Shown here piece after piece: positions 1 through 12,549 of a DNA stretch of 54,763 bases (positions are counted from its first letter, which is position 1; every line of letters begins with the position of its first letter). The notes below the pieces were generated by a model. The model saw only the letters and a list, made by a program, of their open reading frames with translations, had not been told where the DNA came from and made no database searches. Source of the stretch: Chiloscyllium plagiosum (lineage: Eukaryota); assembly GCF_004010195.1 (NCBI RefSeq), contig NW_025215027.1, positions 1 through 54,763 of the forward strand, given 5' to 3'. Made by a program: the position numbers and the translations under genes.

Positions 1-495
1 ATTCGTGATGCAAAAGAAATTCCCTTTCATGCATGCATTTCATGTAGCACATTATATTTTGTAATTTTCTATGTCCCACGCTCATCCTGAAGAATGTTTT
101 CCCTAACTCATTCCTAAGTAACGCTTCCAGAAAGAAGATAATCTCAACATTTTTAGAAATCTTTCCCGTACAAAGCATTCTATGTTTTGCCCCACTGTGC
201 CTTCACAGATATGCACAACCATGATAAATTTGTCTCACTTCCTTTATCCTCTGCACAAAACAATGTAATGTATAGTAGTTCTTGAAATTCCTGGGTCATA
301 AATTTGAATGACACTTTAGCATTCTGTGAATATTCAAGTGGTATCCATTATCAGTGATTTCTTTAAAAAAACAATTTTATGGCTGAGGTAGATCAACCAT
401 GAACGAGAGAGGTCATCATTTTTTATAGTACTTACCGCATGGCCATGCTCTCAACAGCAGGTCTCCGAAGCAGTATGAGACATAATGGTGCATGT

Positions 496-1110
496 ATTGG
501 GGCTGAATGAATGACTCCCTGTTTTGGAAATTGAACTTAAAATAAGACAAATCATTCAACTGTTCTGATCAGAATTTTGCAGCTGAACGTCGTCACTTAA
601 TATGTTACATAACAGCAGGGAATTGATTGCCATGACATGGTTAGTCTTTTCAAAGCTTCATGTTCTCACCTGCTGTAACATATTGTGGAGATCTAACAGC
701 ACATATCTTGAATGCCCTGAGATTACACTGAATCAGGGTTTAACATCGTGAGTTCCTCTCCATCAAAAAAGGAAAACCTTGAGATAGAAATGCATTATCG
801 AAATTGGGGCTGAATGAATGACTCCCTGTTTTGGAAATTGAACTTAAGATAAGACAAATCATTCAACAGTTCTGATCAGAATTTTGCAGTTGAACGTCGT
901 CACTTAATATGTTACATCACAGCAGGGAATTGATTGCCATGACATGGTTAGTCTTTTCAAAGCTTCATGTTCTCACCTGCTGTAACATATTGTGGAGATC
1001 TAACAGCACATATCTTGATTGCCTTGAGATTACACTGAATCAGGGTTTAACATCGTGAGTTCCTCTCCATCAAAAAAAGGAAAACCTTGAGATAGAAATG
1101 CATTATCGAA
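496..1110. repeat. Tandem direct duplication, ~307 bp unit (496-802, 803-1110), covering the upstream region and first 13 coding nt of the GPCR pseudogene
   Basis: Both copies run attggggctgaatgaatg...gagatagaaATGcattatcgaa with only a few substitutions and a 1-nt indel. Confidence 0.95.
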
Positions 1111-1164
1111 TCGACAGCTTCTTGAAAAGTTACTGGAATGCACGTGCTGTTATTGGCGTGTCTA
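1098..1164 (+). pseudogene. Exon 1 of a GPR139-like (class A orphan GPCR) pseudogene
   Basis: ATG..MHYRIDSFLKSYWNARAVIGVS + A|gtaagt (phase 1). Resembles the short first exon ending AVIGVP|gt of shark GPR139-like genes and is phase-compatible with the acceptor at 10459. Confidence 0.7.
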
Positions 1165-2955
1165 GTAAGTGGGTCATAATCAATCAGACTTCTGCAAAAT
1201 TGCAGAATTCAGTCGTGTATTGCATTCTGTTACGTCGTCGATAAAGTGGATAGTCACTTTAAGACTGAAAGTGCTTTTCTGAGTTTAAACTGCAGCAAAC
1301 ACTGCCAGTGTACAGAACAGCTATGAGAGAGGCTGTTCAAAAATTGGCTGATGAATGAATGCCTGAATGTCGGTTGCTGTTTTGCAAACAACTTAAGTCT
1401 GACTATTTTGCTTCAAAAAAATCACTCAGCTCATCAAAGCCAATCAAATTTAAGTTCAGATGCCGTTGATGAGCTGAAAACATTCAGATTTATGAATTTC
1501 AAGTGCAAAGAAATGAGGGCATTTTGAAAATATGTGACAGCGATTGCCATCGAGTAAGAGAGCACGCCATCTGAATTATCTCAGAAGAATTATCTCAGAA
1601 GGCACTCTCTATCAACGGTACCTATTCCAGTTACAACAGTAAACGGAAAGTCAGAAGATGACTCAGGTAGAAGACTTCGATTTTGGAGGAACAGACGGAA
1701 GAAAAAGATTCACAAGAATGGAAGGAAGAGAGCATATGAGACTGTGTGGACTTTGAGAGATCAAGTTGATTTACTGGTGAACAGCTGTGTCATCGGAGCG
1801 GCTGTTCAATGCATTTGGGGTCAGACTGATTATCTAACATAAAGAGGCCCGTATATGTTCATAGTTTTTGTTTATTGCACACTGTTAGAGATATGAAATA
1901 ATACTTCTTTCCTGTAAACAGTGGAAATGGGGTGTTTTCGTTCTCACTCACGCTGTCAGCAGATTATGGGGCAAGACGACTTTTTACTGGAATTATATTT
2001 TTAACTCGCAGAGGAATGTTCATTATCGGAACAATTCTATGATGGGTACGATTGCATCCTGTTCTAATACTTAACATTATTCAGGTATCTAAATATGACA
2101 TTGCTTTGTGGAGAAAAGCGTCATGTTTATTTTTGGTATTTACTTGTGTGCCGTCAAAACATGAGCATTTGTTTTCAACTCATAGGTTGCCTGATTCATC
2201 AAGCGACTACTTTCCCTGAAATGCCGTGCACATGTGAAGCAGCCGTCAGTGTACGAAACCCTCTGATAGTAGGCATTGCGAAAGGATTAGTAATAGTTAA
2301 GTTATATTAACTGTTAATCGCTAAAATATCCACGTTAGCTAATGCGAATAGCATACAGGAATGGGAAATCCCTGTCTTCAGCAATGCATTGAATACATCA
2401 CTAAACAGTATATGCCCCTGACACAGAATCACATTTTATTTGAAGCATCTGTTATTGAAACATGTACTTGAAAGTGGATTGCTAACGGGAAATAAACAGT
2501 TCTATTGCCAAATTAAACTTTAGGTAATCTCAGTCAATTCATGTGTCTCTGCGTGTTTCACTGTTCACAAAAATTGCAGAGATGAGCATTTCTGCTGTTT
2601 AGTTATACTGAGTGAAATGCATTTTTTCTTAAGTTTTTTTCTCCTCTTCAGGTGCATCAAAGAAACCTGTTCAGGATTTAATGACAGATAAACAAATGTT
2701 GTTATCGTGTTGACCTACACCTTTGGAAGGAATGCTGAGCTGTGAGAGTGTTATGTCATTTTCACCTGTGCAGAGGTGTTCAGGAGCAGAGGGCAGATAT
2801 GATGATCAGCTCCACCATGGGATGATGGGAACTTCTACCCTTTCCTGGACCAGATGGTCGGGTCTGGGTTATTTGGAGAGAAAGGAGGGCGTTTCCATGT
2901 GTGGGCAAACATATAAGGTGTCTGAGCGAAGTGTAGTGGCACGTGTATGATGTCG

Positions 2956-4895
2956 GTAAAAACAATGACTGCAGATGCTGGAAACCAGATTCTGGATCAG
3001 TGGTGCTGGACAGGCAAAATCGACGTTTCGGGCAAAAGCCCTTCATCAGGAATAAAGGCAGAGTGCCTGAAGCGTGGAAAGATAAGCTAGAGGAGGGTGG
3101 AGGTGGGGATAGAGTAGCATAGAGTACAATAGGTCAGTAGGGGAGGAGATGAAGGTGATAGGTAAGGGAAGAGAGGGTGGAGTGGATAGGTGGAAAAGGA
3201 GCTGGGCAGGTCGGACAAGTCCGGAAAAGTCAAGGGGNNNNNNNNNNNNNNNNNNNNNNNNNNNNNNNCTGTTGAAGTCCACATTGATGCCCTGGGGTTG
3301 AAGTGTTCCGAGGCGGAAGATGAGGCGTTCTTCTTCCATGCGTCTGGTGGAGAGGGAGCGGCGGTGGAGGAGGCCCAGCACCTCCATATCCTCGGCAGAG
3401 TGGGAGGGAGAGTTGAAATGTTGAGCCATGGGGCGGTCTGGTTGATTGGTGCGGTTGTCTCGGAGATGTTCCCTAAAGCACTCTGCTAGGAGACGCCCAG
3501 TCTCCCCAATGTAGAGGAGACCGCATCAGGAGCAACGGATACAATAAATGATATTAGTGGATGTGCAGGTAAAACTTTGATGGATGTGGAAGGCTCCTTT
3601 AGGGCCTTGGATGGAGGTGAGGGGGGACGTGTGGGCACAGGTTTTACAGTTCCTGCGGTGGCAGGGGAAAGTGCCAGGATGGGAGGGTGGGTCGTAGGGA
3701 GGCGTGGACCTGACCAGATAGTCACGGAGGGAACGGTCTTTGCTGAAGGCGGAAAGGGGTGGGGAGGGAAATATATCCCTGGTGGTGGGGTCTGTTTGGA
3801 GGTGGCGGAAATGTCGGCGGATGATTTGGTTTATGCAAAGGTTGGTAGGGTGGAAGGTGAGCACCAGTGGGAGTCGGTGGGTTTGTAGAAAATGTCAGTG
3901 TCAAGTCGGTCGTCACTGATGGAGATGGAGAGGTCCAGGAAGGGGAGGGAGGTGTCAGAGATGGTCCAGGTAAATTTAAGGTCAGGGTGGAATGTGTTGG
4001 TGAAGTTGATGAATTCCTCAACCTCCTCCCCGGAGCACGAGGTGGCGCCAATGCAGTCATCAATGCAGCGGAGGAAGAGGTGGGGAGTGGTGCCGGTGTA
4101 ATTACGGAAGATCAACTGCTCTACATAGCCAACAAAACAGACAGGCATAGCTGGGGCCCATACGTGTGCCCATGGATACCCCATTGGTCTGGAGGAAGTG
4201 GGAGGATTCAAAGGAGAAATTGTTGAGGGTGAGGACCAGTTCGGCCAAACGAATGAGAGTGTCGGTGGAGGGGTACGGTTGGGAACGTCTGGAGAGGAAA
4301 AAACGGAGGGCTTGGAGGCCCTGGTCATGGCGGATGGAGGTGTAGAGGGATTGGATATGCATGGTGAATATGAGGCGTTGGGTGCCGGGGAAACGGAAGT
4401 CTTGGAGGAGGTGGAGGGCGTGGGTGGTGTCTCGAACGTATGTGGGGAGTTCCTGGACTAGGGGGGATAGGACAGTGTCGAGGTAGGTAGAGATGAGTTC
4501 AGTGGGGCAGGAGCATGCTGAGACAATGGGTCGGCCAGGGTGGTCAGGCTTGTGGATCTTGGGAAGGAGGTAGAACCGGGCAGTGCGGGGTTCCCGGACT
4601 ATGAGGTTGGAAGCTGTGGGTGGGAGATCTCCAGAGGTGATGAGATTCTGTTTGGTCTGGGAGATATGGTTTGGTGATGGGCGGTGGGGTCATGGTCAAG
4701 GGGGCGGTAGGAAGAGGTGTCCTCGAGTTGGCGTTTGGCTTCAGCGATGTAGAGGTCAGTGCGCCAGACTACCACTGCGCCCCCTTTGTCCGCTGGCTTG
4801 ATGGTGAGGTCAGGATTGGAGCAGAGGGATTGGAGGGCTGCGCGCTGTGAGGGTGAGAGGTTGGAGTGGGGGAGGGGTTCGACAGGTTGAGGCGA
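2956..4895 (-). mobile_element. Penelope-like element, Neptune-type, 5'-truncated, frameshifted, with an internal deletion
   Basis: RT motifs (SLYTSI, NNFSF, MGTRMGPSYA, RCIDDC, LPFLD, FYKPTDSH), Cys linker PCHRRNCKTC, GIY-YIG (NIIYCIRCS, AQHFNS, LGTLQPQGINVDF). Deletion after TDSH at ~3868; N gap at 3238-3268. Confidence 0.92.
3018..3053 (-). ncRNA. Minimal hammerhead ribozyme motif with intact core in the Penelope 3' terminal repeat
   Basis: Minus strand CUGAUGA-A-GGGC-UUUU-GCCC-GAAA-CGUC: conserved core, stem II, palindromic ACGU stem III; stem I is weak. Confidence 0.7.
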
Positions 4896-5329
4896 ATCGA
4901 TTGAGCAGTTATCCTTGAGTTTGATTATGTGCTCAACAATCTACATTTCCCTGAACAGAATTTTGATCATGTACTTTATGGGAATCAACTAATTTCAATG
5001 CAGGGAGCAGAATGATGCAGGCTTGGAGCGCCTGTGCAGTAGGGAATTCGATTTCCTTCAAATATTTTCGAATCAGCCTGGTCTGAAATGTTATCACTAC
5101 GGAATAACTACAATGTGAAGCTAGGCGACCGAGAATTGGAATCCTACTACTGCATCGCAATACTGTTGCTTCTTAATTTAAGTGTGTTTCAACGTGCGCC
5201 ATGGCATGCGCTCTGCAGCATTCTAAAGTACAGTTCCTATCAATACAGGCCTGCTGAAGGTCTCGACAATGACCAATCTGAATTATTAACTCCACCGAAT
5301 AATAAAAGCCCAAGTGATGGGACAATTAT

Positions 5330-6835
5330 TCACAATTAAATGGCCTAGTTAAATATGAGGAAAATAAAGGAAATTCATGCAATTGTGCAAAACTTTACCG
5401 GTGTTTCGAGGATTGGACAAAACATTAAAAAAACAGGCCAAAAAAAAAGAAACGTGACTATATAAGTGCAAATAACCAATCATATATCAACAGATATTGA
5501 GAGATTCTATGCAAAAAATTATCAAGGAAGAAAAGGTGAGTTTTGGCCCATCCTGGCGTGAGACTCGAGAGTTAAAAACAGAAAATATGGAAAAGGCAGG
5601 TGAATTGAATTGATAGTTTGGATCAATCTTCCCTGTTAGGGATAGATAATCAATCGAAGAAAAAACCGTGAAACAGGAACTTAAGGCATTGAAGAATTGA
5701 GAAAAGTCTTAAATACCAGTTCAAATGGGGGAAAACTGGCGTGTGAGATCTGTGTTGTTTTGTTTTCTATTTTCCAAAATGCATTCCGTCAGGGATGGAA
5801 CCAATTTATGAGGAGAAAGTAAATGCTACTCATTCATTTGAAAAATCAGAGAGGACGTGGGACATAACAGTGCCGTTGGCTCGACAGCAGCCGACTGCAT
5901 TTTCTCACGTGCAATATATGATTGACCAATCAATTTGAGTTCATTGCGATGGTGATAACTTCGGTGGTCATAGTGACCAAGTGGCTCAAGCGGACGTTGA
6001 TTTCCAGAATGCGTTTGATAAGCACATGCATGACATCATAATTATAGCCAAATTAAATACTGACGTTGTGAGTGCTCACACACTGTAGTCGATGATAATT
6101 GGCTGGGTAAAATGAGCAAATGTGGAGATTTAATTGTGTTTTTCTTTCAATATTGCAAGATCGAAGTTGTTACAGGAATCGTGTTCTGAACTGTTAATAA
6201 TTCATACAAATGAAGAGATTAACAGACCAATAATTCTTCAGTCAGGGCATTCAAAACAGAATTTGGAAATTTACGTAGCATTTACACAGGACGTTGGTGA
6301 GTCCGCATTCGAAGGATTGCATTGAGGTTTCGTGACCTTATTACAGAAAATTTAATATTAAATTGGAAATATTGGACAGGAAACTTACAATGATGTTCCC
6401 TGAGTCAATGGTCTGAGTTACATCTTCAGGGTGGAAAAGCTAGGTCCCTTTGTTTCTTGCATAGAAGACTGAAGGCAGATCGTTTTCACGTGTATAAGAT
6501 CCTGAGAGACATGGATAAGTTGAAAGCACTCAGTCTTTTTTTCCCCTAAGTTTGGGGAATCGAGGACTAGATGGTATCAGTTTTTTGTTCGAAACTCGAG
6601 GGGCAACTCTTTTTACTAACAGAGAGTGGTACGCCTATATATTGAGCTGTCACCAAACAAAATTGAGACGGGTATATTAACAACATGTAAATGACATTTG
6701 GCAAACATTTGGATAGGAAAGCTTCAAAAGGATATGGGCCGAATCCTGGAAAATGGGTTGGAGTGGATTGACATTTTGGTCGGCATGGATCAGCTTGGGC
6801 CAAAGGGCCAAAGGGCCTGTCTCCAGCTGTGTCAC
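5330..6835 (+). mobile_element. Heavily decayed CR1 LINE remnant (RT region to 3' end)
   Basis: Decayed DFQKAFDK-like segment (gatttccagaatgcgtttgataag, ~5999) and CR1 3' UTR (ggatatgggccgaatcctggaaaatggg..ggtcggcatggatcagcttgggccaaaggg). Confidence 0.7.
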
Positions 6836-7744
6836 TTTAACCGCTAAATGTTAACATTGAGGTACAGCATGTAATTCGGGAATGATGCTAGAGTATTAGT
6901 GCATAGATCGTGTCTGGTTTTATTTTTCGCAAGTTTGAAAACTGTGTGTGAAAGAGGTAAATGGCTATCTTAAAACGCAGTGCTAGAAATGTATCACTTT
7001 TAAAGTAAAAAACAGAGCATCCCCTGCGGGAAATGCATGGACAATAGTTCGAGAAAGGAGTACTCGAAGTTTGAGTTGCAGATTATTTGGATGAGGGAGT
7101 GTGCATCTCCAGCTTTCAATGTCAGCAAACATGTTCATTGGCATCTGGACTAGTGACCAGTTATAAATTATAGAGATTTTCTTGGCTTCCAACAGCGTTG
7201 TATTTGCTTCCCAACGGTTCTCACGGGATTGAGGTAGAAAGAGGTCACAATGTGACAGAAGTATTCAGTTCATCTTTAGCTTGGAAAAAACTTTTGTTAT
7301 TTACTATTGTCAAAAGTGACTGGAAATCGAAAAAAAAAAGTTCGAAAATTATTGTAAACTTGCATTTCTCACTGACAGAGGCAGGAACTTTTATGATTGA
7401 TGCAGCGCTTCTCCTCCCAAGCAGTGGAAGCATTTACGAAAAGACGACTGAAATAACATCCTTTTCCAGCAGAAGAACCATAAAGACGTCCTCAAAAGCA
7501 GAATGGAAGATCAGAAACAATTGAACTGCATTTCCTCTCGCAACCTATTTTTCGACTATATGTTTGGCTGTGGAGAAAATAGGAGCTTCAAAGTGGCTAT
7601 GGTGCCAATTTATTATCTTAATTGCCTACTATTTATATTTGCCTACCTGTAGCTAGTGTTCAATTCATCGGATCGCGACTGTACAGTTACTCTGTCTATC
7701 AAGAATGAACCTCCAACGTGTATCCCGCCCATCTCAATGGCTAA

Positions 7745-7955
7745 ATGCATCTGCACATCCCTGGACATTGAGGGGCAATTTAGATTGACCAATCCACCGG
7801 ATCTGCATATCATTTTAATGTGCAAGGGGACCAGGCACCCAGCGGACGCCGATGCAAAAACATGTAAATGCCACTGACAGTCTCGCTTAATTGAACATGT
7901 GCCGCTGCCGAGCTGTCGGGCAGCAGGCATTCTGCCGTCCAGAGCACCCACCCGT
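7745..7955 (-). mobile_element. Decayed HE1/V-SINE-like tRNA-derived SINE
   Basis: gcacatccctggacattgaggggcaatttagattgaccaatccaccggatctgcatatc resembles the reverse complement of the shark V-SINE central domain as recalled. Confidence 0.55.
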
Positions 7956-9344
7956 AAAATAAATGATTCCCGGTCTCAAGAGAAAGCTGTTTGATAATTT
8001 GTAACAAGCTGAGTTTGAAAGTAAGGAAATTTCGGGAACTTTTTGTATGCTTTAATATCTATAAATCATATAATGACTCTGGGATTAGGATAGCTTGATT
8101 TCCAAAGTTGTATCCAATTAGTTGTGACGCATCATATATTGAAACTATACCAAAATTTACAGTTGTAGATACCATTACTGAAACTGCATCGAGAATACTG
8201 TACTCATACTGTTCAACTTATTCAAGGAACGAATAGGCATACTGAAGACAGGTCAGTATGTTTTTTTCAGACTAATACCTGAAATGGGACCGGCTGGGGG
8301 GTGGCTGTTGTCTGTTTCAGGAACGTCTTGCACGTTAACTTTCTACTTGTTGTCGTAAGATGCGACCTGACCAAAAGGTCTATGCCATTAAGGAGTCTTA
8401 TTTTAAGCATATATTATCCTGAGGGGAGTTTCAAAGAATAAAAGTGTTGAGGACGTATATACTCACAAAAGCATCTTGAACCAAATGACACATATTTGAA
8501 AATTAGGGTGAAATAAGTGAAATAATTACCATTGATAAACGTGAATCTTTGGATTTGTCCTTCTGCAAATATGGTTTCAGCGCATTGTTTAATTTTTAAA
8601 ATGGAAATATAGATGAGTTCGAGTTAAGCAGATGAGTGAACGTTTTCATGGGAGTTGGAAATGTGGTTTTGAGATACAATCAAATCGGCAATGTACCGAT
8701 GGAATGTCATGTACGATCGAAATATTATGTTACTTATTGTGATTCACATGTATGTAACTTTCAAGGTGGAACAGGAAAAATCTTTCTTCAGACAATAGTA
8801 AAACGTAACTGATTAAATTAATTCATTTTTTTTCCAAACGTTTCTTTTGAAAATTCTATAGATATGCAGACACATTGCCCCATTTTAGCTCTGAGTTAAA
8901 CATAATTTCATTTTAACTGCCCGCATTTATTATGAAAATGTGCTTCTGCTCTTAAAATTCACTGTTTATGGGAATTGTAAAGGACAATATACTCGTCGCG
9001 ATTCCTTGCAGAATGGAATTCCCCAGATTCTGTCAAGGTGTTTGCTTACATTTAAAACCAACTTCACTAAACCATGTTTTGTATCAACTATCAATCCATT
9101 CTTCAACGGACGCCCTCTCTCTCATTCTTTTGATGTAACTGATCAGCGTTAAGTAAGAACAAACTACAACTATTGTATCGCTTGTATCAACTCACTATAA
9201 TGGTCAACGAAATAGTGTAAGTAGATCTTTCCATTCTACAGGCTCTCACAAAATAAGCACTGCCTCATTCTATCAAGAATGTCCCAGAACAGGAGCGACT
9301 TAATTCCTCGTGAACTTGGAGCTGCTCCGCAATTGTTCATTTAG

Positions 9345-10155
9345 TAGATGCTGCATTTTGGGAATGCAAATCTTAGCAGGATTTATACACTTAATGGTAA
9401 GGTCCGAGTGAATGTTGCTGCACAAAGAAACCTTTTAGTGCATGGACATAACCCCTTGAAAGTGTAGTCGAAGGTGGATAGGATAGTGAAGAAGGCGATT
9501 TGTATATTTTCATTCATTGGTCAGAGTATTGAGTACAGGAGTTGGGAGGTCATGTTTCGGCTGTACAGGACATTGGTTAGTGCCCTGTTGGAATATTGCG
9601 AGCAACTCTGGTCTCCTTCCTATCGGAAGGATGTTGTGATTCTTGGAAAGGTTCAGAAAATATTTACAAGGATGTTGCCAGGTTTAGAGGATTTGAGTTA
9701 TAAGGAGAGATTGAAAAATCTAGTGCTGTTTTTTCCATGAGCGTCGGAGGCTGACGGGTGACATTAAAGAGGTTTATAAAATCATGAGGAGCATGGTTCG
9801 GATAAATAGACAAAGTCTGTTCCCTGGGGTGGGGGATTCCAGGACTAGAGGGCATAGGTTTAGGGTGAGAGGAAAAAGATATAAAAGAGACCGAAGGGGC
9901 AACGTTTTCATGCAGAGGGTGGTACGTGTGTGGAATGAGCTGCCAGTAAACGTGCTGGAGGCTGGTACAATTGCAATATTTGAAAGGCATCTGGACAGAT
10001 ATATATAAAGAGGAAGGGTTTGGCGGGAGTGTTTGGACCAGGTGCGGGTAAGTGGTATTAGATTGCGTTGGGATATCTTGTCGGCATGTCCGAGTTGGAC
10101 CGAAGGGTCTGTTTCTGTGCTGTACATCTCGATGACCATGTGAATCTATGACCCT
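9345..10155 (+). mobile_element. CR1 LINE 3' fragment
   Basis: ORF2 C-terminal motifs LYRTLV..LEYC..WSP.YRKDV, FTRMLPGL, SRTRGH, QRVVRVWNELP; 3' UTR with ctatga-type tail. Confidence 0.92.
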
Positions 10156-10459
10156 ATGTCAATGCACCAGCTCTGTCTATTTTGAGCAAGCTAACCTCAG
10201 GTGATCAATTTTAAAACATTACTTGGAAGAATATATCATCAGAGACGTATCAGCCAGTTTTCACCATTTGGGTCTTCCACAGAAGAAAATTGCAAATGTT
10301 TCATTTTATTTTGTTAATTCCTGATTCTTTCTGAATCTTCCTGCATCAGAGATTTTGGAATATGGAAGTTCTGATCAACCAAAGCCAAGTAACAGTGGTG
10401 AACCATTATCATGTTGAAAAGGTTACCACACGTTTCTTGTTGTGCTGTTTCACTTACAG

Positions 10460-11347
10460 TATATTTTGTGGCTGTATTGAAACTGTCCAATGAAAAAATT
10501 GGCCTTTCGATTGTACCACCCGTTATGTGCTACCTTTAGCAATAGCAGATGAAGTATTTGTCACCACAGTAGTCATACTGTGGCGGATCACTTATTATTT
10601 TTGGCTATCATCTTTTTATTATTACCCCTGTGTGCAGTGTTAACCATAACCTGCGTTGTGCATCAACGGAATATTCATTCTCGTTCACTGATAATTTTAC
10701 ATTTGATCGATTTATAGCCATTTGTTGGCAGTGTCAAAGGGGAAAAATAGTGCATTGAGAGAACAACAGTTGTGGTTCGAGCAACAACGGGTGTTCTCTC
10801 TATTGAAACAAAACATACCTCACAACTTTATACAGGAACCTGGAGAGATATGAATCAATCCTTCATGGTTCTGTTATGTAAAGCCAAGCAATTATATTGA
10901 TTCTGTTTGGGTGTTATTTAATTACTTTTAAATGGTCTTAAGTCCATTGCTCCTATTCGGTTTTTTTCGCAGTAAAAACTCTGACCTTGTGACACACGTT
11001 AGTGAGTAGCCACATCCGTAAGAGACTGAGATACCAGAGCATCACGATAATTACAACGACGCAGAAATGGAGAGCAGGAGGAGGCCTACGATTTTACTCT
11101 CCAGCATGTGCAGCACCTTCATTCTTTTGTGGATGGTGCATGCATATATACTTCTTGTATTATAGCATTACAGGATCAAATACAAGAAATCATAAAAAGA
11201 TACAGATTCGTATTGCAAAGGGTCAGATTCATGCTGCGCAATTTAAGTTGCAGTGTAAACACTCGTTTGTATGGAGCAACTCAGTCCAAATTTAGAGAGC
11301 AGCTAATCGTGCAATGGAGAATCCCATCGAATCAAGGCCTTGACTGA
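10460..11347 (+). pseudogene. Exon 2 of a GPR139-like 7TM GPCR pseudogene (TM1 end to TM7/helix 8), with multiple frameshifts and stops
   Basis: Acceptor cacttacag|. Patched translation: (I)YFVAVLKLSNEKIGLS-CTTRYVLPLAIADEVFVTTVVILWRITYY-TPVCSV..FTFDRFIAICWQ (DRF at 10705)..NIP..EPGEI..WFCYVKPSNY..VLSPLL..SHIRKRLRYQS-DAEMESRRRPTILL..FILLWMV-YYSITG-FMLRNLSCSVNTRLYGATQSKFREQL. These match the recalled shark 'probable GPR139' family motifs. Confidence 0.88.
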
Positions 11348-12549
11348 AAAAACAAACAGGGCAACTATGAGGCTCCCAAATAATATATTTCCCCAGAGAT
11401 TTTAGTCCATTAGCATCAAATACACTGCACATTCCCAATTAAATGTGTGACAAAGAGCTATGCAAAACCATTGTTTCTGGTGACCAACTAATCAACACTG
11501 TTACCTCCATCAAACCTTGCTATAATTACTTTCAAAAGCTTCAGAAACTTTGTTAGGCACAAATTATATTTTGTAAATCCGTTCTTTCTATTCAAGCTGG
11601 TTTGAATACGATTTTAACTAAAGTCCAAAAAACGAAAACCCAGTTCCAATTGTGTCCTGTTCCTCAAAGTTATATCTGTCTTCATCCAAGTAGCAATTTT
11701 AAATTTGTGTCAAATTTATCGTTAACTTCAAACAGAACTCCATCCCTTTATATTCTGTCACCGCCAACCCTCTGCACTGGTTTGTCACTCTCTCAGGGAA
11801 TTACAGTACGTTGCATGTATTTCTTCATATATACTTTGTCAGATGAACCAACCACGATGAAGATTATTTGTGTGAAAAGAAAAAGGCGAAAAGGAGTGAT
11901 AGTGTTCCTGGAGAGCATTCTGAATGGAGCACCTTTCCATATTTCATCATATTTAGAATAGTTGAGGATTTTTTTGGAAGTCGCAGTCACAGATATTAAA
12001 GTCAATTGTCGAGCTTTTCTGGCTAGTGCCGAAGTAAGTAAAGGATTCACTTGGACGTCTGACAGTCTGCTATTGGCGCAATAGTTTTCCTTCTTCTCCA
12101 TAACATATTTGCATTGGGAGACAAATAATGTTAAATTTCTCTGCGTCTGCTCTGGTCAGGTGATTATATCAGTAGGACTTACTTCCAAGGCACAACTTAA
12201 TTGTCCGTTTACATTGCTTTGGATCAGAGTAAACCCAAACTGCAAAAGTACGTTGCTGTCTCATTCTCGATCCGAAGCATTGACTGTTTTTTAAAAAGCA
12301 GGTCTACGACATTATGTTTCATTTTCCAGGATTAAAGATATTCCGGTTATTGTGCTGGGTGATTTTATCTTCCCCTGTAATGGTTTGGCCTCTCTTCATT
12401 CTAGGCCCTTGAATAGGGCTGAACTTGGAAGGACAATCCAGGAGGGTTTCTTGGCACAGGGCATATGCCTTCCAGTCAGAGTGGCCGTTATGCTGGACTT
12501 GGATCTGGGAAGGGAACCCGAACAGGTGTGCGAAATTTCAATTCTGTAG

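Noticed and set aside
170..727. Three minus-strand segments with AG/GT ends (670-727, 436-502, <=250) that splice into a short open frame
   Set aside because: No recognisable protein; the region is better explained as upstream sequence of the plus-strand GPCR pseudogene, and such splice-like matches arise by chance.
2652..2920. Strong acceptor at 2651 followed by a 75-aa ORF
   Set aside because: No recognisable product; it lies within the pseudogene intron.
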